This document shows, piece by piece, positions 42,101 to 57,100 of a stretch of DNA of 64,000 nt (positions are counted from its first letter, which is position 1; every line of letters starts with the position of its first letter). Below the pieces are notes generated by a model, which did not search any database, was not told where the DNA came from, and was given only the letters and a program-made list of their open reading frames with translations. The stretch is from Sphyrna mokarran. Lineage: Eukaryota. The stretch is taken from positions 16,678,001 to 16,742,000 of the forward strand of contig JAGIQG010000019.1 in the NCBI GenBank assembly GCA_024679065.1, read 5' to 3'. The position numbers and the translations under genes are program-made.

Positions 42101-45100
42101 AGTAAAACAGTGTTAGTTTTATGTTGTCCAGCAGTGAAGTATATTGTGTTTCTTGTTCTTCAGAAGTCATCACTACAACAGTGAAACCAACGACAACCAG
42201 TTCCACGACCATCCCCCCACCAGGTGAGTGAAATCTCCTTTTGTTACACAATAGCAAAACCTTGTGTCGCAAACTGTTCATTTGCAGGAATTTCCAGGCA
42301 GTGGAAAGACAATTCTTAACACTTATTTCTAATTAGTGCCTACCTTCCCAAGTGAACGTATTGATAACGGACTGATTCAGATGAAGCTGGATGAGAATGT
42401 GTACATGAGAAGAAAACTTCTGTGTTCCTGTGTACTGTTCTCTCCTCGCATCTACTCACTCAACAATATTTCCTGAACCTGTTCCTATATATCGCCTGAC
42501 ATTGTAATAATTTCTGCAGTCTACATTACATGATGATGCTGATATGCAGCATCTTTGTCAAAGTTCAGCAGTTTCCATAACATTTCTTATCAATGGATCT
42601 TCCCCTTAGCATGATGTGATTGTTAATATTCTTCAGAGACAATAAACAGCCAGATCATGATAAAATACTATTGGAATATGGTTCTTACAATGAAGAAAGA
42701 CACAAATACACACAAACAGAGATAAACAACATTTTATAAAGTAAGGAATAGTAAACCACCCATCCACCAGTTTAATAAGGAATGTACCAGTTCTGATCCA
42801 AAGCAGGGTTTAAAGATCTGATAGTTATCCTAGGGACATGACTACTCTCTTCAGCAAATAGATACCCAATCAAACAGATTATTTAAATAAGCCCAGCGTA
42901 CATTATACCACGTATCATATTCTGGGAACTTCTCTGTAGGTTTCAGCGAAGCAATGGTTTATTCTGCTTACCACAAGGTTTCTCGCACTCTTGCTCTGCT
43001 CTGACTAACAGCAGCACCTTACATGTTGCTAGCTGTATATTGTGCTCAGGCACTAAATGGGATGCGCCTCTGCTTCACAAAAAGTCGCCAAGTATATAAT
43101 GGTTTAGCTTGAATATGATTGAAATACTCTGCCTCAGAGGATGGGTCTCTTCACCAGATTCTATTATTACAATCTATCTCCACTTACAAGACTGCGTCAG
43201 GATCAAAGTCAAAATTCAGAATGTCAGCAACCCTGACACTACCATTTGTATATACAATTCAGACTCCCTGGTTGGTGGGCAATTATTAGCTCAATCAGGG
43301 AGCTTACAGTGCAATAAGACAAACTTCTGGCCTCATTGACGTCATTACAAGATCCATTCTTATAGCTGGCTCTATACCTTCATGCTTGTGTTACTTCCAA
43401 TATTAACATGAATGTGTTCCCCAAATTGTACCAATGCCTCCCCAAATTATTTCCAATTTGCAGGATGCTGTGTTTCTTTTTGGTCTGTCTACAACTGCTA
43501 ATCTTGTTATTGAGTTTCCCATCCTGTGATACACCTTGTTAAGTGTTTGCGCATTTCTGACAATAATAAAGTAAATCTCACAGTAAAACAGTGTTAGTTT
43601 TATGTTGTCCAGCAGTGAAGTTAATTGTGTTTCTTGTTCTTCAGAAGTCATCACTACAACAGTGAAACCAACAACAAGCAGTTCCACTACCATCCCCCCA
43701 CCAGGTGAGTGAAATCTCTTTTCTTACACAATAGTAAAACCGGTGTCACAAACTGTTCATTTGCAGTAATTTCCAGGCAGTGGAAAGACACTGCTTCACA
43801 CTTATTTCTAGTTAGTTCCTAACTTCCCAACTGAACGTATTGATAACGGACTGATTCAAATGAAGCTGGATGAGAACATGTACATGAGAAGAAATGTTTT
43901 CTCTGTGTTTCTGTGTGTACTGTTCTCTCCTAGAATCCACTCACTCAACAATATTTCCTGAACCTGTTCCTAAATATCACCTGACATTGGAATAATTTCT
44001 GCAGTCTGCATTACACAATGATGCTGATATGCAGCATCTTTGTCAAAGTTCAGTAGTTTCCACAACAGCTGAATTAAATAAGCTAATGTTGGAAGTCTAT
44101 TAACACAGTTGGATTTCCAGTAGAGTGAAGTGGTTTTGAATAATTCTCTTTTCTGTAGAAGTGACAACTACAACAAAAGGAACACCAATTCCGACGACAA
44201 CAGGTAATTGAGATTTTCCTTCAATATTGGAATCTCCCTATTAGACACTCCCTCAGTTTCCATGATGACTTCTTTCCATTTGGGATCATGGGATGGCAGA
44301 TGAGTCCAATGGATAATCTGCACGTTCTGCCACATGGGGGACAGACTTGCTTCGAGAATAATTTAGATAACGTGCTTGGGGATTTGTGTGCCCGTTCTGA
44401 TATCTCAAATTTATCTGTGAGACAATGTTTCTTCGTGTGTTTCCATTTGGGTCAGTCAGAGGCCGAGCACTCCCATGAATTGACGGGGAAATTTGGAGTC
44501 ATCAGGAATCGTTCAAGACAGCCCTGAAGTGCTTCTTCTGTCTCACGGGTATCTCCTTCTATCAGCGCACTCTGGGCAAAGCCGTTGTCTTGGGAGTCTG
44601 GTGTCAGGCAATCAAATGTCATCTTCTGCCCAGCCGAAGTAGTTACGTGTAATTGTTGACTCACTGCTGAATATTTTGTCATGGGAGAGCTTGCTGGCTG
44701 TTGGAAAGCCTTTCTTGCCATAGATTAGAAGGACCTTGCAAAGACGCTCGTGTTACAATTTTCCAGTGTTTTGAGATGGCTGCTATAAGTTGTCCAATTT
44801 GACAAAGCAGAAAAGAGTGTGGTGCTCTGTGCTGTGCGATAAAGGAAAACATGAGCCTCTTGTTGTAGTACAGGGCCACAATCATCTTTTCAAATCCTCT
44901 TCCAAATGCATCTTAATCAACATTGGCTCAGACAACTCCAGTCCATCAATTCAGTCCTTTAGTTTCATCCAATTCCTTTGGGATGGAGTTATTTGTAAAG
45001 TTCAGTATTCTCAATCTGCAATCAGTGACGTTTTCACATTCACAAAAACTGTGTTGTGACAAGCTCTCCCTTGGGAGATTTCTCGATCGGAAAATCAGAT

Positions 45101-48100
45101 TGTTAATGTTTCAACAGTTTCATTTGTAAGTTTGATCCTTTCATCCCATTTATGTCCTTTTGTGGCTGCTTATTCTAATACAATTTTCGGGAAAATCTTC
45201 ACTCCTGTTCGTAAATGTACACTTTGTACTTCAATGCTGGTGCTCACAGTCTACAGACATTTCAATTCCAAAAGAGTTATCTCCAGATGTTGTCAATGTT
45301 GCTGTCTTGATAGAGTGCTGATTTTGAAAGATCTTTCTTTGTCTGCAGTACCAACGACAACAACAACAACACAGGAAACACCAACCACACCTGGGAAACC
45401 GACTACAACAGGTTAGTGCTGTTTCCTTTCAATATTCACCAGCATGGCTTTTCACAGTGGTGTGCTTATCTGCTTCAGTGTCTGTTCATTTGTTCAGTCT
45501 TGCCCACACCTCTTGTTCGAAAGAAACGGTTGAAAATTTACTCAAATTTGAATCATCAATTGGATTTGTGAACCTCATTTTGACACCAAGATCTATATGA
45601 TAGTCGATATGATGGTTTTCTGGTCAAAGGGGAGAGGAGTACAATGGTGTTGACATTGTGGTGAATTGGTTTCATTCTTTCTTTTCTCCTTCAGAAAGGG
45701 TCACTACAACAGTGAAACCATCTACCATTGGGCCCCCTCCAGGCTCCACATCAGGTGAGTAACGGCTTCTTTTCTTCAACAGCAGCAAGAGCTGGAAACA
45801 AGTGAAATAAACACAGATAGTGGTGGAAATATTCAGCAACGCTGACAACACCTGCTGAGTATTTGCAGCACTTTCTGTTTGCATATCAGATTTCCAGCAA
45901 GCACAGCATTTCACATTTTGTTCAATGCAAAAGGGACCTCATTTCATCGCAAATGACAAATTCATCATTTCACCATGGGGACGCGCTGTGACTGTATTAT
46001 CGAAAGGGAAATGGCATTTTTACTGCCTGAATAAAGGTAGATCTGAGGTGGGAGCTGAGGGGAAATGCTGTGTGCATAAATGTTCACACCAGTCACTCTT
46101 CTCAAATTCCCCTTTTAGACAATGCCCGTCCATTCAGTCAGACTTATCAACATTTTCTTATGGAGTGTTTCAAATCGTCTGAATCCAGATTTACTAGTGC
46201 AAACAAGACAATTGCAACAAAGCCAGCTGTCACAAAGCTGGCTGATGTTAACTGCGAGAATGTCCCAATTGGGAAACACCAATTCATGGAGTGTGCACTT
46301 TTGTCTGCTGGAACAGTGAAAGGGACCACGTGTAATTCCCACAGAGAACAATAACCAGCCAAATCATTGTATAATACTTATTAATATCTGTTTATTACAA
46401 TGAAGAAAAGACACATTTACACACAAACAGGAGTATAAAACATTTATAAATAAGACTAGTAAACCCACCCACCACCAGTTTAATAAGGAATTACCGTTCT
46501 GATCCAAAGCAGGTTTAAAAGATCTGAACTATTTCAGGACTTCCCTCTTTCGCAATAGCATCCAATTCAACAGATATATAAATAAAGGCCAGCTTACATT
46601 TAACACTGTATCATTATTCTGGGAAACTTCTCTTGTAGGTTCAGCGAAGCAATGGGTTTTATCTGCTTCCACAAAGGTTTCTGCACTCTTGCTTCTGCTC
46701 TGCTAACCAGCAGCACCTTACATGTTGCTAGCTGTATATTGTGCCTCAGGCTACTAAATGGATGCTGCCTCCTGCTTCCACAAAAAAGTTGCCAAGTATA
46801 TAATTGTTTAGCTTTGAAGATTGAAATATCTCCTCAGAGGATGGTGTCTCTTCACCAGATTCCTATTATTTACAATCTTATCTCCACTTACAAGACTGCG
46901 TCAGGATCAAAGTCAAAATTCAGAATGTCAGCAACCCTGACACTACCATTTGTATATACAATTCAGACTCCCTGGTTGGTGGGCAATTATTAGCTCAATC
47001 AGGGAGCTTACAGTGCAATAAGACAAACTTCTGGCCTCATTGACGTCATTACAAGATCCATTCTTATAGCTGGCTCTATACCTTCATGCTTGTGTTACTT
47101 CCAATATTAACATGAATGTGTTCCCCAAATTGTACCAATGCCTCCCCAAATTATTTCCAATTTGCAGGATGCTGTGTTTCTTTTTGGTCTGTCTACAACT
47201 GCTAATCTTGTTATTGAGTTTCCCATCCTGTGATACACCTTGTTAAGTGTTTGCGCATTTCTGACAATAATAAAGTAAATCTCACAGTAAAACAGTGTTA
47301 GTTTTATGTTGTCCAGCAGTGAAGTTAATTGTGTTTCTTGTTCTTCAGAAGTCATCACTACAACAGTGAAACCAACAACAAGCAGTTCCACTACCATCCC
47401 CCCACCAGGTGAGTGAAATCTCTTTTCTTACACAATAGTAAAACCGGTGTCACAAACTGTTCATTTGCAGTAATTTCCAGGCAGTGGAAAGACACTGCTT
47501 CACACTTATTTCTAGTTAGTTCCTAACTTCCCAACTGAACGTATTGATAACGGACTGATTCAAATGAAGCTGGATGAGAACATGTACATGAGAAGAAATG
47601 TTTTCTCTGTGTTTCTGTGTGTACTGTTCTCTCCTAGAATCCACTCACTCAACAATATTTCCTGAACCTGTTCCTAAATATCACCTGACATTGGAATAAT
47701 TTCTGCAGTCTGCATTACACAATGATGCTGATATGCAGCATCTTTGTCAAAGTTCAGTAGTTTCCACAACAGCTGAATTAAATAAGCTAATGTTGGAAGT
47801 CTATTAACACAGTTGGATTTCCAGTAGAGTGAAGTGGTTTTGAATAATTCTCTTTTCTGTAGAAGTGACAACTACAACAAAAGGAACACCAATTCCGACG
47901 ACAACAGGTAATTGAGATTTTCCTTCAATATTGGAATCTCCCTATTAGACACTCCCTCAGTTTCCATGATGACTTCTTTCCATTTGGGATCATGGGATGG
48001 CAGATGAGTCCAATGGATAATCTGCACGTTCTGCCACATGGGGGACAGACTTGCTTCGAGAATAATTTAGATAACGTGCTTGGGGATTTGTCTGCCCGTT

Positions 48101-51100
48101 CTGATATCTCAAATTTATCTGTGAGACAATGTTTCTTCGTGTGTTTCCATTTGGGTCAGTCAGAGGCCGAGCACTCCCATGAATTGACGGGGAAATTTGG
48201 AGTCATCAGGAATCGTTCAAGACAGCCCTGAAGTGCTTCTTCTGTCTCACGGGTATCTCCTTCTATCAGCGCACTCTGGGCAAAGCCGTTGTCTTGGGAG
48301 TCTGGTGTCAGGCAATCAAATGTCATCTTCTGCCCAGCCGAAGTAGTTACGTGTAATTGTTGACTCACTGCTGAATATTTTGTCATGGGAGAGCTTGCTG
48401 GCTGTTGGAAAGCCTTTCTTGCCATAGATTAGAAGGACCTTGCAAAGACGCTCGTGTTACAATTTTCCAGTGTTTTGAGATGGCTGCTATAAGTTGTCCA
48501 ATTTGACAAAGCAGAAAAGAGTGTGGTGCTCTGTGCTGTGCGATAAAGGAAAACATGAGCCTCTTGTTGTAGTACAGGGCCACAATCATCTTTTCAAATC
48601 CTCTTCCAAATGCATCTTAATCAACATTGGCTCAGACAACTCCAGTCCATCAATTCAGTCCTTTAGTTTCATCCAATTCCTTTGGGATGGAGTTATTTGT
48701 AAAGTTCAGTATTCTCAATCTGCAATCAGTGACGTTTTCACATTCACAAAAACTGTGTTGTGACAAGCTCTCCCTTGGGAGATTTCTCGATCGGAAAATC
48801 AGATTGTTAATGTTTCAACAGTTTCATTTGTAAGTTTGATCCTTTCATCCCATTTATGTCCTTTTGTGGCTGCTTATTCTAATACAATTTTCGGGAAAAT
48901 CTTCACTCCTGTTCGTAAATGTACACTTTGTACTTCAATGCTGGTGCTCACAGTCTGCAGACATTTCAATTCCAAAAGAGTTATCTCCAGATGTTGTCAA
49001 TGTTGCTGTCTTGATAGAGTGCTGATTTTGAAAGATCTTTCTTTGTCTGCAGTACCAACGACAACAACAACAACACAGGAAACACCAACCACACCTGGGA
49101 AACCGACTACAACAGGTTAGTGCTGTTTCCTTTCAATATTCACCAGCATGGCTTTTCACAGTGGTGTGCTTATCTGCTTCAGTGTCTGTTCATTTGTTCA
49201 GTCTTGCCCACACCTCTTGTTCGAAAGAAACGGTTGAAAATTTACTCAAATTTGAATCATCAATTGGATTTGTGAACCTCATTTTGACACCAAGATCTAT
49301 ATGATAGTCGATATGATGGTTTTCTGGTCAAAGGGGAGAGGAGTACAATGGTGTTGACATTGTGGTGAATTGGTTTCATTCTTTCTTTTCTCCTTCAGAA
49401 AGGGTCACTACAACAGTGAAACCATCTACCATTGGGCCCCCTCCAGGCTCCACATCAGGTGAGTAACGGCTTCTTTTCTTCAACAGCAGCAAGAGCTGGA
49501 AACAAGTGAAATAAACACAGATAGTGGTGGAAATATTCAGCAACGCTGACAACACCTGCTGAGTATTTGCAGCACTTTCTGTTTGCATATCAGATTTCCA
49601 GCAAGCACAGCATTTCACATTTTGTTCAGTGCAAAAGGGACCTCATTTCATCGCAAATGATAAATTCATCATTTCACCATGGGGACGCGCTGTGACTGTA
49701 TTATCGAAAGGGAAATGGCATTTTTACTGCCTGAATAAAGGTAGATCTGAGGTGGGAGCTGAGGGGAAATGCTGTGTGCATAAATGTTCACACCAGTGCA
49801 CTCTTCTCAAATTCCCCTTTTAGACAACGCCCGTCCATTCAGTCAGACTTATCAACATTTTCTTATGGAGTGTTTCAAATCGTCTGAATCCAGATTTACT
49901 ATTGCAAACAACACAATTGCAACAAAGCCAGCTGTCACAAAGCTGGCTGATGTTAACTGCGAGAATGTCCCAATTGGGAAACACCAGTTCATGGAGTGTG
50001 CACTTTTGTCTGCTGGAACAGTGAAAGGGACCACATGTAATTCCCACAGAGAACAATAACCAGCCGAATCATTGTATAACACTTATTAATATCTGTTTAT
50101 TACAATGAAGAAAAGACACATATACACACAAACAGGATTATAAGACATTTATAAATAAGACTAGTAAACCCACCCACACAGTTTAATAAGGAATTACCGT
50201 TCTGATCCAAAGCAGGTTTACAAGATCTGAACTATTTCAGGACTTCCCTCTGTCGCAATAGCATCCAATTCAACAGATATATAAATAAAGGCCAGCTTAC
50301 ATTTAACACTGTATCATTATTCTGGGAAACTTCTCTTGTAGGTTCAGCGAAGCAATGGGTTTTATCTGCCTCCACAAAGGTTTCTGCACTCTTGCTTCTG
50401 CTCTGCTAACCAGCAGCACCTTACATGCTGCTAGCTGTATATTGTGCCTCAGGCTACTAAATGGATGCTGCCTCCTGCTTCCACAAAAAAGTTGCCAAGT
50501 ATATAATTGTTTAGCTTTGAAGATTGAAATATCTCCTCAGAGGATGGTGTCTCTTCACCAGATTCCCATTATTTACAATCTTATCTCCACTTATAAGAGT
50601 GCGTCAGGATCAAAGTCAAAATTCAGAATGTCAGCAACCCTGACACTACCATTTGTACAATTCAGACTCCTGATTGGTGGGCAATTATTAGCTCAATCAG
50701 GGAGCTTATAGTGCAATAAGACAAACTTCTGGCCTCATTGACGTCATTACAAGATCCATTCTTATAGCTGGCTCTATTCCTTCTTACTTGTCTTACTTCC
50801 AATATTAACATGAATGTCTTCCCCAAATTGTACCAGTGTCTCCCCAAATTATTTCCAATTTGCAGGATGCTGTGTTTCTTTTTGGTGCATCTACAACTGG
50901 TAATCTTGTTATTGAGTTTTGTATTCTGTGATACACCTTGTTAAGTGTTTGTGCATTTATGACAATAATAAAGTAAATCTCACAGTAAAACAGTGTTAGT
51001 TTTATGTTGTCCAGCAGTGAAGTATATTGTGTTTCTTGTTCTTCAGAAGTCATCACTACAACAGTGAAACCAACGACAACCAGTTCCACGACCATCCCCC

Positions 51101-54100
51101 CACCAGGTGAGTGAAATCTCCTTTTGTTACACAATAGCAAAACCTTGTGTCGCAAACTGTTCATTTGCAGGAATTTCCAGGCAGTGGAAAGACAATTCTT
51201 AACACTTATTTCTAATTAGTGCCTACCTTCCCAAGTGAACGTATTGATAACGGACTGATTCAGATGAAGCTGGATGAGAATGTGTACATGAGAAGAAAAC
51301 TTCTGTGTTCCTTGTGTACTGTTCTCTCCTCGCATCTACTCACTCAACAATATTTCCTGAACCTGTTCCTATATATCGCCTGACATTGTAATAATTTCTG
51401 CAGTCTACATTACATGATGATGCTGATATGCAGCATCTTTGTCAAAGTTCAGCAGTTTCCATAACATTTCTTATCAATGGATCTTCCCCTTAGCATGATG
51501 TGATTGTTAATATTCTTCCATTTTCTTCTCTCGCTCAGTAATTTAGAATACTTTTGAAACAATAACAAATTTGTAAATGCGGACATGCCTTTCTTCTGTT
51601 CAGCTTTGCTCCTTTATCCTCCAAGTTAGTTGAGCTCGTTAGTAGCTGTGGACAGTATGTTCCTCACTCTTGTTGCCTTGCTGTGAATTAAATCAGCTAA
51701 TGTTGGAAGTCTTTTAGTACAGCTGGATTTCCAGTCAGATTGCAGTGGTTTTGAATAATTCTCTTTTCTTGTAGAAGTGACAACTACAACAAAAGGAACA
51801 ACAATTCCAACAACAATAGTGATTGAGATTTTCTTTCAATATTGTAATCTCCCTATGAGACACTCCCTCGGTTTCGATGATGACTTCTTTCCATTAGGGA
51901 TCATGGGATGGCAGATGAGTCCAATGGACAATCTGCACGTTCTGCCGCATGCCGGACAGGCTTTGCTTCGAGAATAATTTAGATAACGTGCTTGGGGATT
52001 TCTCTGCTCGTTCCGATATGTCAAATTTATCTGTGAGACAGTGTTTCTCGCTGTGATTCCATTTGGGTCAGTCAGAGGCCAAGCACTCCCATGAATTGAT
52101 GGGGATGTTTGGTATCATCAGGAATCCTTCAAGACAGCCCTGAAGTATTTCTTCTGTCCCCCTGGTATCTCCTGCTATCATTGCATTCTGAGCAATGCTG
52201 TTGCTTTGGGAATGTGGTTTCAGGCAATCAAATGTCATCTGCTGCCCAGCCGAAGTGGTTACGTGTAATTGTTGACTCCCTGCTGAATATGTTGTCTTGG
52301 GACAGCATCCTGGCTGTTGGAAAGCCTTTCTTGCAATAGATTAGGAGGACCTTGAAAAGACACGTGTGTTACAATTCTTTGAGGTGTAAGTTGTCCAATT
52401 TGACAAAGCAGAAAAGAGTGTGGTGCTCTGTGCTGTGCGATAAAGCAAAATCTTAGCCTCTTGTTGTAGAACAGGACTGCAATCATCTTTTCAAATCCTC
52501 TTCCATGTGCATCTTCATCAACATTGGCTCAGACAATTGCAGTCCGTCAATTAAGACCTTTAGTTTGATCCAATTCCTTAGGGATGGAGTTATTTGTAAA
52601 GTTCAGTATTCTCAATCTGCAATCAGTAACGTTTTCACATTCACAAAAACGGTGTTGCGATAAGCTCTCCCTTGGGAGGTTTCTCTATCGGAAAATCAGA
52701 TTGTTAATGTTTCAACAGTTTCATCTGTAAGTTTGATCCTTTCATCCCATTCTGTGTCCCTTTGTGGCTGCTTATTCTAATACAACTTTCGGGAAAATCT
52801 TCACTCCTGTTCGTAAACGTACAGTTTATTCTTCATGCTGGTGCTCACAGTCTGCAGACATTTCAATTCCAAGAGTTATTTCCAGATGTTGTCAATGTTG
52901 CTGTCTTGATAGAGTACTGATTTTGAAAGGTCTTTCTTTGTCTGCAGTACCAACGAACAACACAGGAAACACCAACCACACCTGGGAAACCTACTACAAC
53001 AGGTTAGTGCTGTTTCCTTTCAATATTCACCAGCATGGCTTTTCACAGTGGTGTGCTTATCTGCTTCAGTGTCTGTTCATTTGTTCAGTCTTGCCCACAC
53101 CTCGTGTTCAAAGGAAATGGTTGAAAACTTACTCTAATTTGAAACATCAATTGGATTTGTGAACCTCATTTTGACACCACAATCTATATGATGGTTTTCT
53201 GGTCAAAGTGGACAGGAATACAATGGTGTTGACATTGTGGTGAATTGATTTCATTCTTTCTTTTCTCCTTCAGAAAGGGTCACTACAACAGTGAAACCAT
53301 CTACCACTGGGCCCCGTCCGGGCTCCACATCGGGTGAGTAACGGCTTCTGTTCTTCAACAGCAGCAAGAGCCGGAAACCAGTCAAATAAAAACAAATGGT
53401 GCTGGAAATATTCATCAATGCTAACACCTGTTGAGTATTTGGAGCACTTTCTGTTTGCATATCAGATTTGCAGCAAGCACAGCATTTTACATTTTATTCA
53501 ATGAAAAAGTCAGCTTATAGTCCAAGAAGCCAAACTCCTGGTCTGATTGAGGTCGTTACATGATCCATTCTTATAGTTCTTGCTTGTGTTACTTCCAATA
53601 TTAACATGAATGTCTCCCCCAAAGTGTACCAATGCCTCCCCAAATCATTTCCAGCTTTCAGGATGCTGTGTTTCTTTTTGATCTGTGTACACCTGCTAAT
53701 CTTGTTCTTGAGTTTCCCATCCTGTGATAAACCTTGTAAAATATTTGCCCATTCACAACAATAACAAAGTAAATCTCACAGTAAAACAGTGTTAGCTTTA
53801 TGTTGTCCAACAGTGAAGTTGATTGTGTTTCTTGTTCTTCAGAAGTCATCACTACAACAGTGAAACCAACGACAACCAGTTCCACTATCATCCCCCCACC
53901 GGGTGAGTGACATCTTCTTTCGTTACACAATAGCAAAACCGGTGTCGCAAACTGTTCATCTGGGGCAATTTCCAGGCAGTGGAAAGACAGTGGTTCTCAC
54001 TTAATTTCTAGTTAGTTCCTAACTTCCCAACTGAATGTATTGATAACGGACTGATTCAGATGAAGCTGGATGAGAATGTGTACATGAGAAGAAATGTTTT

Positions 54101-57100
54101 CTGTGTTTCTGTGTGTACTGTTCTCTCCTAGAATCTACTCACTCAACAATATTTCCTGAACCTGTTCCTAAATATCGCCTGACATTGGAATAATTTCTGA
54201 AGTCTGTATTACACGATGATGCTGATATGCAGCATCTTTGTCAAAGTTCAGTAGTTTTCATAACATATCTTATCAATGGATCTTCCCCTCAGCATGATGT
54301 AATTGTTAAAATTCTTCCATTTTCTTCTCTCGCTCAGTAATTTAGAATACTTTTGAAACAATTACAAATTTTAAAGTGGACGTGCCTTTCTTGTGTTTAG
54401 CTTTGCTCCTTTATTCTCCAACTTAGTTGAGCTCGTTAGTAGCTGTAGACAGTATGTTCCTCATTCTTGTTGCCTTGCTGTGAATAAAATCAGCTAATGT
54501 TGGAAGTCTATTAATACAGCTGGATTTCCAGTCAGAGTGCAGTGGGTTTGAATAATTCTCTTTTCCTGTAGAAGTGACAACTACAACAAAAGGAACAACA
54601 ATTCCAACAACAACAACAGGTAATTGAGATTTTCCTTCAATATTGGAATCTATGAGACACTAGCACGGTTTCGATGATGACTTCCTTCCATTAGGGATCA
54701 TGGGATGGCAAATGAGTCCAATGGACAATCTGCATGTTCTGCCTCATGCCGGAAGGATTTTGCCTCGAGAATAATTTAGATAACGTGCTTGGGGATTTGT
54801 TTGCTTGTTCCGATATCTCAAACGTATTTGTGAGACAGTGTTTTTCGGTGTGTTTCCATTTGGGTCAGTCAGAGGCCAAGAACACCCATGAATTGACAGG
54901 AAACTTTGCTGTCATCAGGAGTCGTTCAAGACAGCCCTAAAGTGCTTCTTCTGTCCCACGGGTATCTCCTACTATCAGCTCACCCTGGGCAAAGCTGTTG
55001 TGTTGGGAGTCTGGTGTCAGGCAATCAAATGTCATCTGCTGCCCAGCCGAAGTGGTTACATGTAATCGTTGACTCACTGCTGAATATGTTGTCTTGGGAG
55101 AGGATGCTGGCTTTTGGAAAGCCTTTCTTGCCATAAATTAGGATTACCTTGCAAAGACACTTGTGTTACAATTCTCCAGTGTTTTGAGGTGGCTGCTATA
55201 AGTTGTCCAATTTGACAAAGCAGAAAAGAGTGTGGTGCTCTGTGCTGTGCGTTAAAGGAAAACATGAGCCTCTTGTTGTAGTACAGGGCCACAATCATCT
55301 TTTCAAATTCTCTTCCAAGTCCATCTGAATCAACATTGGCTCAGACAACTCCAGTCCATCAATTCAGTCCTTTAGTTTCATCCAATTCCTTTGGGATGGA
55401 GTTATTTGTAAAGTTCAGTATTCTCAATCTGCAATCAGTGACGTTTTCACGTTCACAAAAACAGTGTTGTGACAAGCTCTACCTTGGGAGATTTCTCTAT
55501 CGGAAAATCAGATTGTTAATGTTTCAACAGTTTCATTTGTAAGTTTGATCCTTTCGTCCCACTCTGTGTCCTTTTGTGGCTGCTTATTCTCATAAAGTTT
55601 TCGGCAAAATTTTCACTCCTGTTCGTAAGTGTACAGTTTTTTCTTCATCCTGGTGCTCACAGTCTGCAGACATTTCGATTCTAAAAGACTTATTTCCCGA
55701 TGTTGTCAATGTTGCTGTCTTGATAGAGTGTTGACTTTGAAAGGTCTCTCTTTGTCTACAGTACCAACGACAACAACAACAACACCGGAAACAACAACCA
55801 CACCTGGGAAACCTACTACAACAGGTTAGTGCTGTTTCCTTATTATGAAATATTACAAAAATTACAAAACGACTACTAAACCCACCCACACAGTTTAATA
55901 AGGAATTACCCTTCTGATCCAAAGTAGGTTTACAAGATCTGAACTATTTCAGGACTTCCCTCTGTCCCACTAGCATCCAATTCAACAGATATATAAATAA
56001 AGGCCAACTTACAGTTAACACCATATCATTATTCTGGGGAACTTCTCTTGTAGATTCAGTGAAGAAATGGGTTTTATCTGCTTCCACAAAGGTTTCTGCG
56101 CTCTTGCTTCTGCTCTGCTAACCAGCAGCACCTTACATGCTGCTGGCTGGATTTTGTGCCTCAGGCTACTAAATGGATGCTGCCTCCTGCTTCCACAAAA
56201 AAGTTGCCAAGTATATAATTGTTTAGCTTTGAAGATTGAAATATCTCCTCAGAGGATGGTGTCTCTTCACCAGATTCTCATTATTTAGTCTTATCTCCAG
56301 GATAAGTGCATCAGGATCAAAGTCAAAATTGAGAATGTCAACAACCCTGACACTCCCATTTTTATATACAATTCAGACTCCCTGATTGTGCTAATAATTG
56401 CCCACCAATCACGAAGCTTGTAGTGCAACAAGCCAAACTCCTGGCCTCATTGAGGTCATTACAAGATCCATTCTTATAGCTGGCTCTATGCCTTCTTGCT
56501 TGTGTTACTTCCAATATTAACATGAATGTGTTCCCCAAATTGTACCAATGCCTCCCCAAATTATTTCCAATTTGCAGGATGCTGTATTTCTTTTTGGGGT
56601 GTCTACAACTGCTAATCTTGTTATTGAGTTTCCCATCCTGTGATACACCTTGTTAAGTGTTTGCACATTTCTGACAATAATAAAGTAAATCTCACAGTAA
56701 AACAGTGTTAGTTTTATGTTGTCCAGCAGTGAAGTTGATTGTGTTTCTTGTTCTTCAGAAGTCATCACTACAACAGTGAAACCAATGACAACCAGTTCCA
56801 CTACCGTCCCCCCTCCAGGTGAGTGAAATCTCTTTTGTTACACAATAGCAAAACTGGTGTCGCAAACTGTTCATTTGCAGCAATTTCCAGGCAGTGGAAA
56901 GACACTGCTTCACACTTATTTCTAGTTCGCGCCTAACTTCCGAAGTGAACTGATTATTAACCGTCTGATTCAGATGATGTTCAATGAGAACATGCAGATG
57001 AGAAGAAATGTTTTCTCTGCGTTTCTGTGTGTATTGTCCTCTCGTAGATTCGACTCACTCAACAATATTTCCTGAACCTGTTCCTAAATATCGCCTGACG

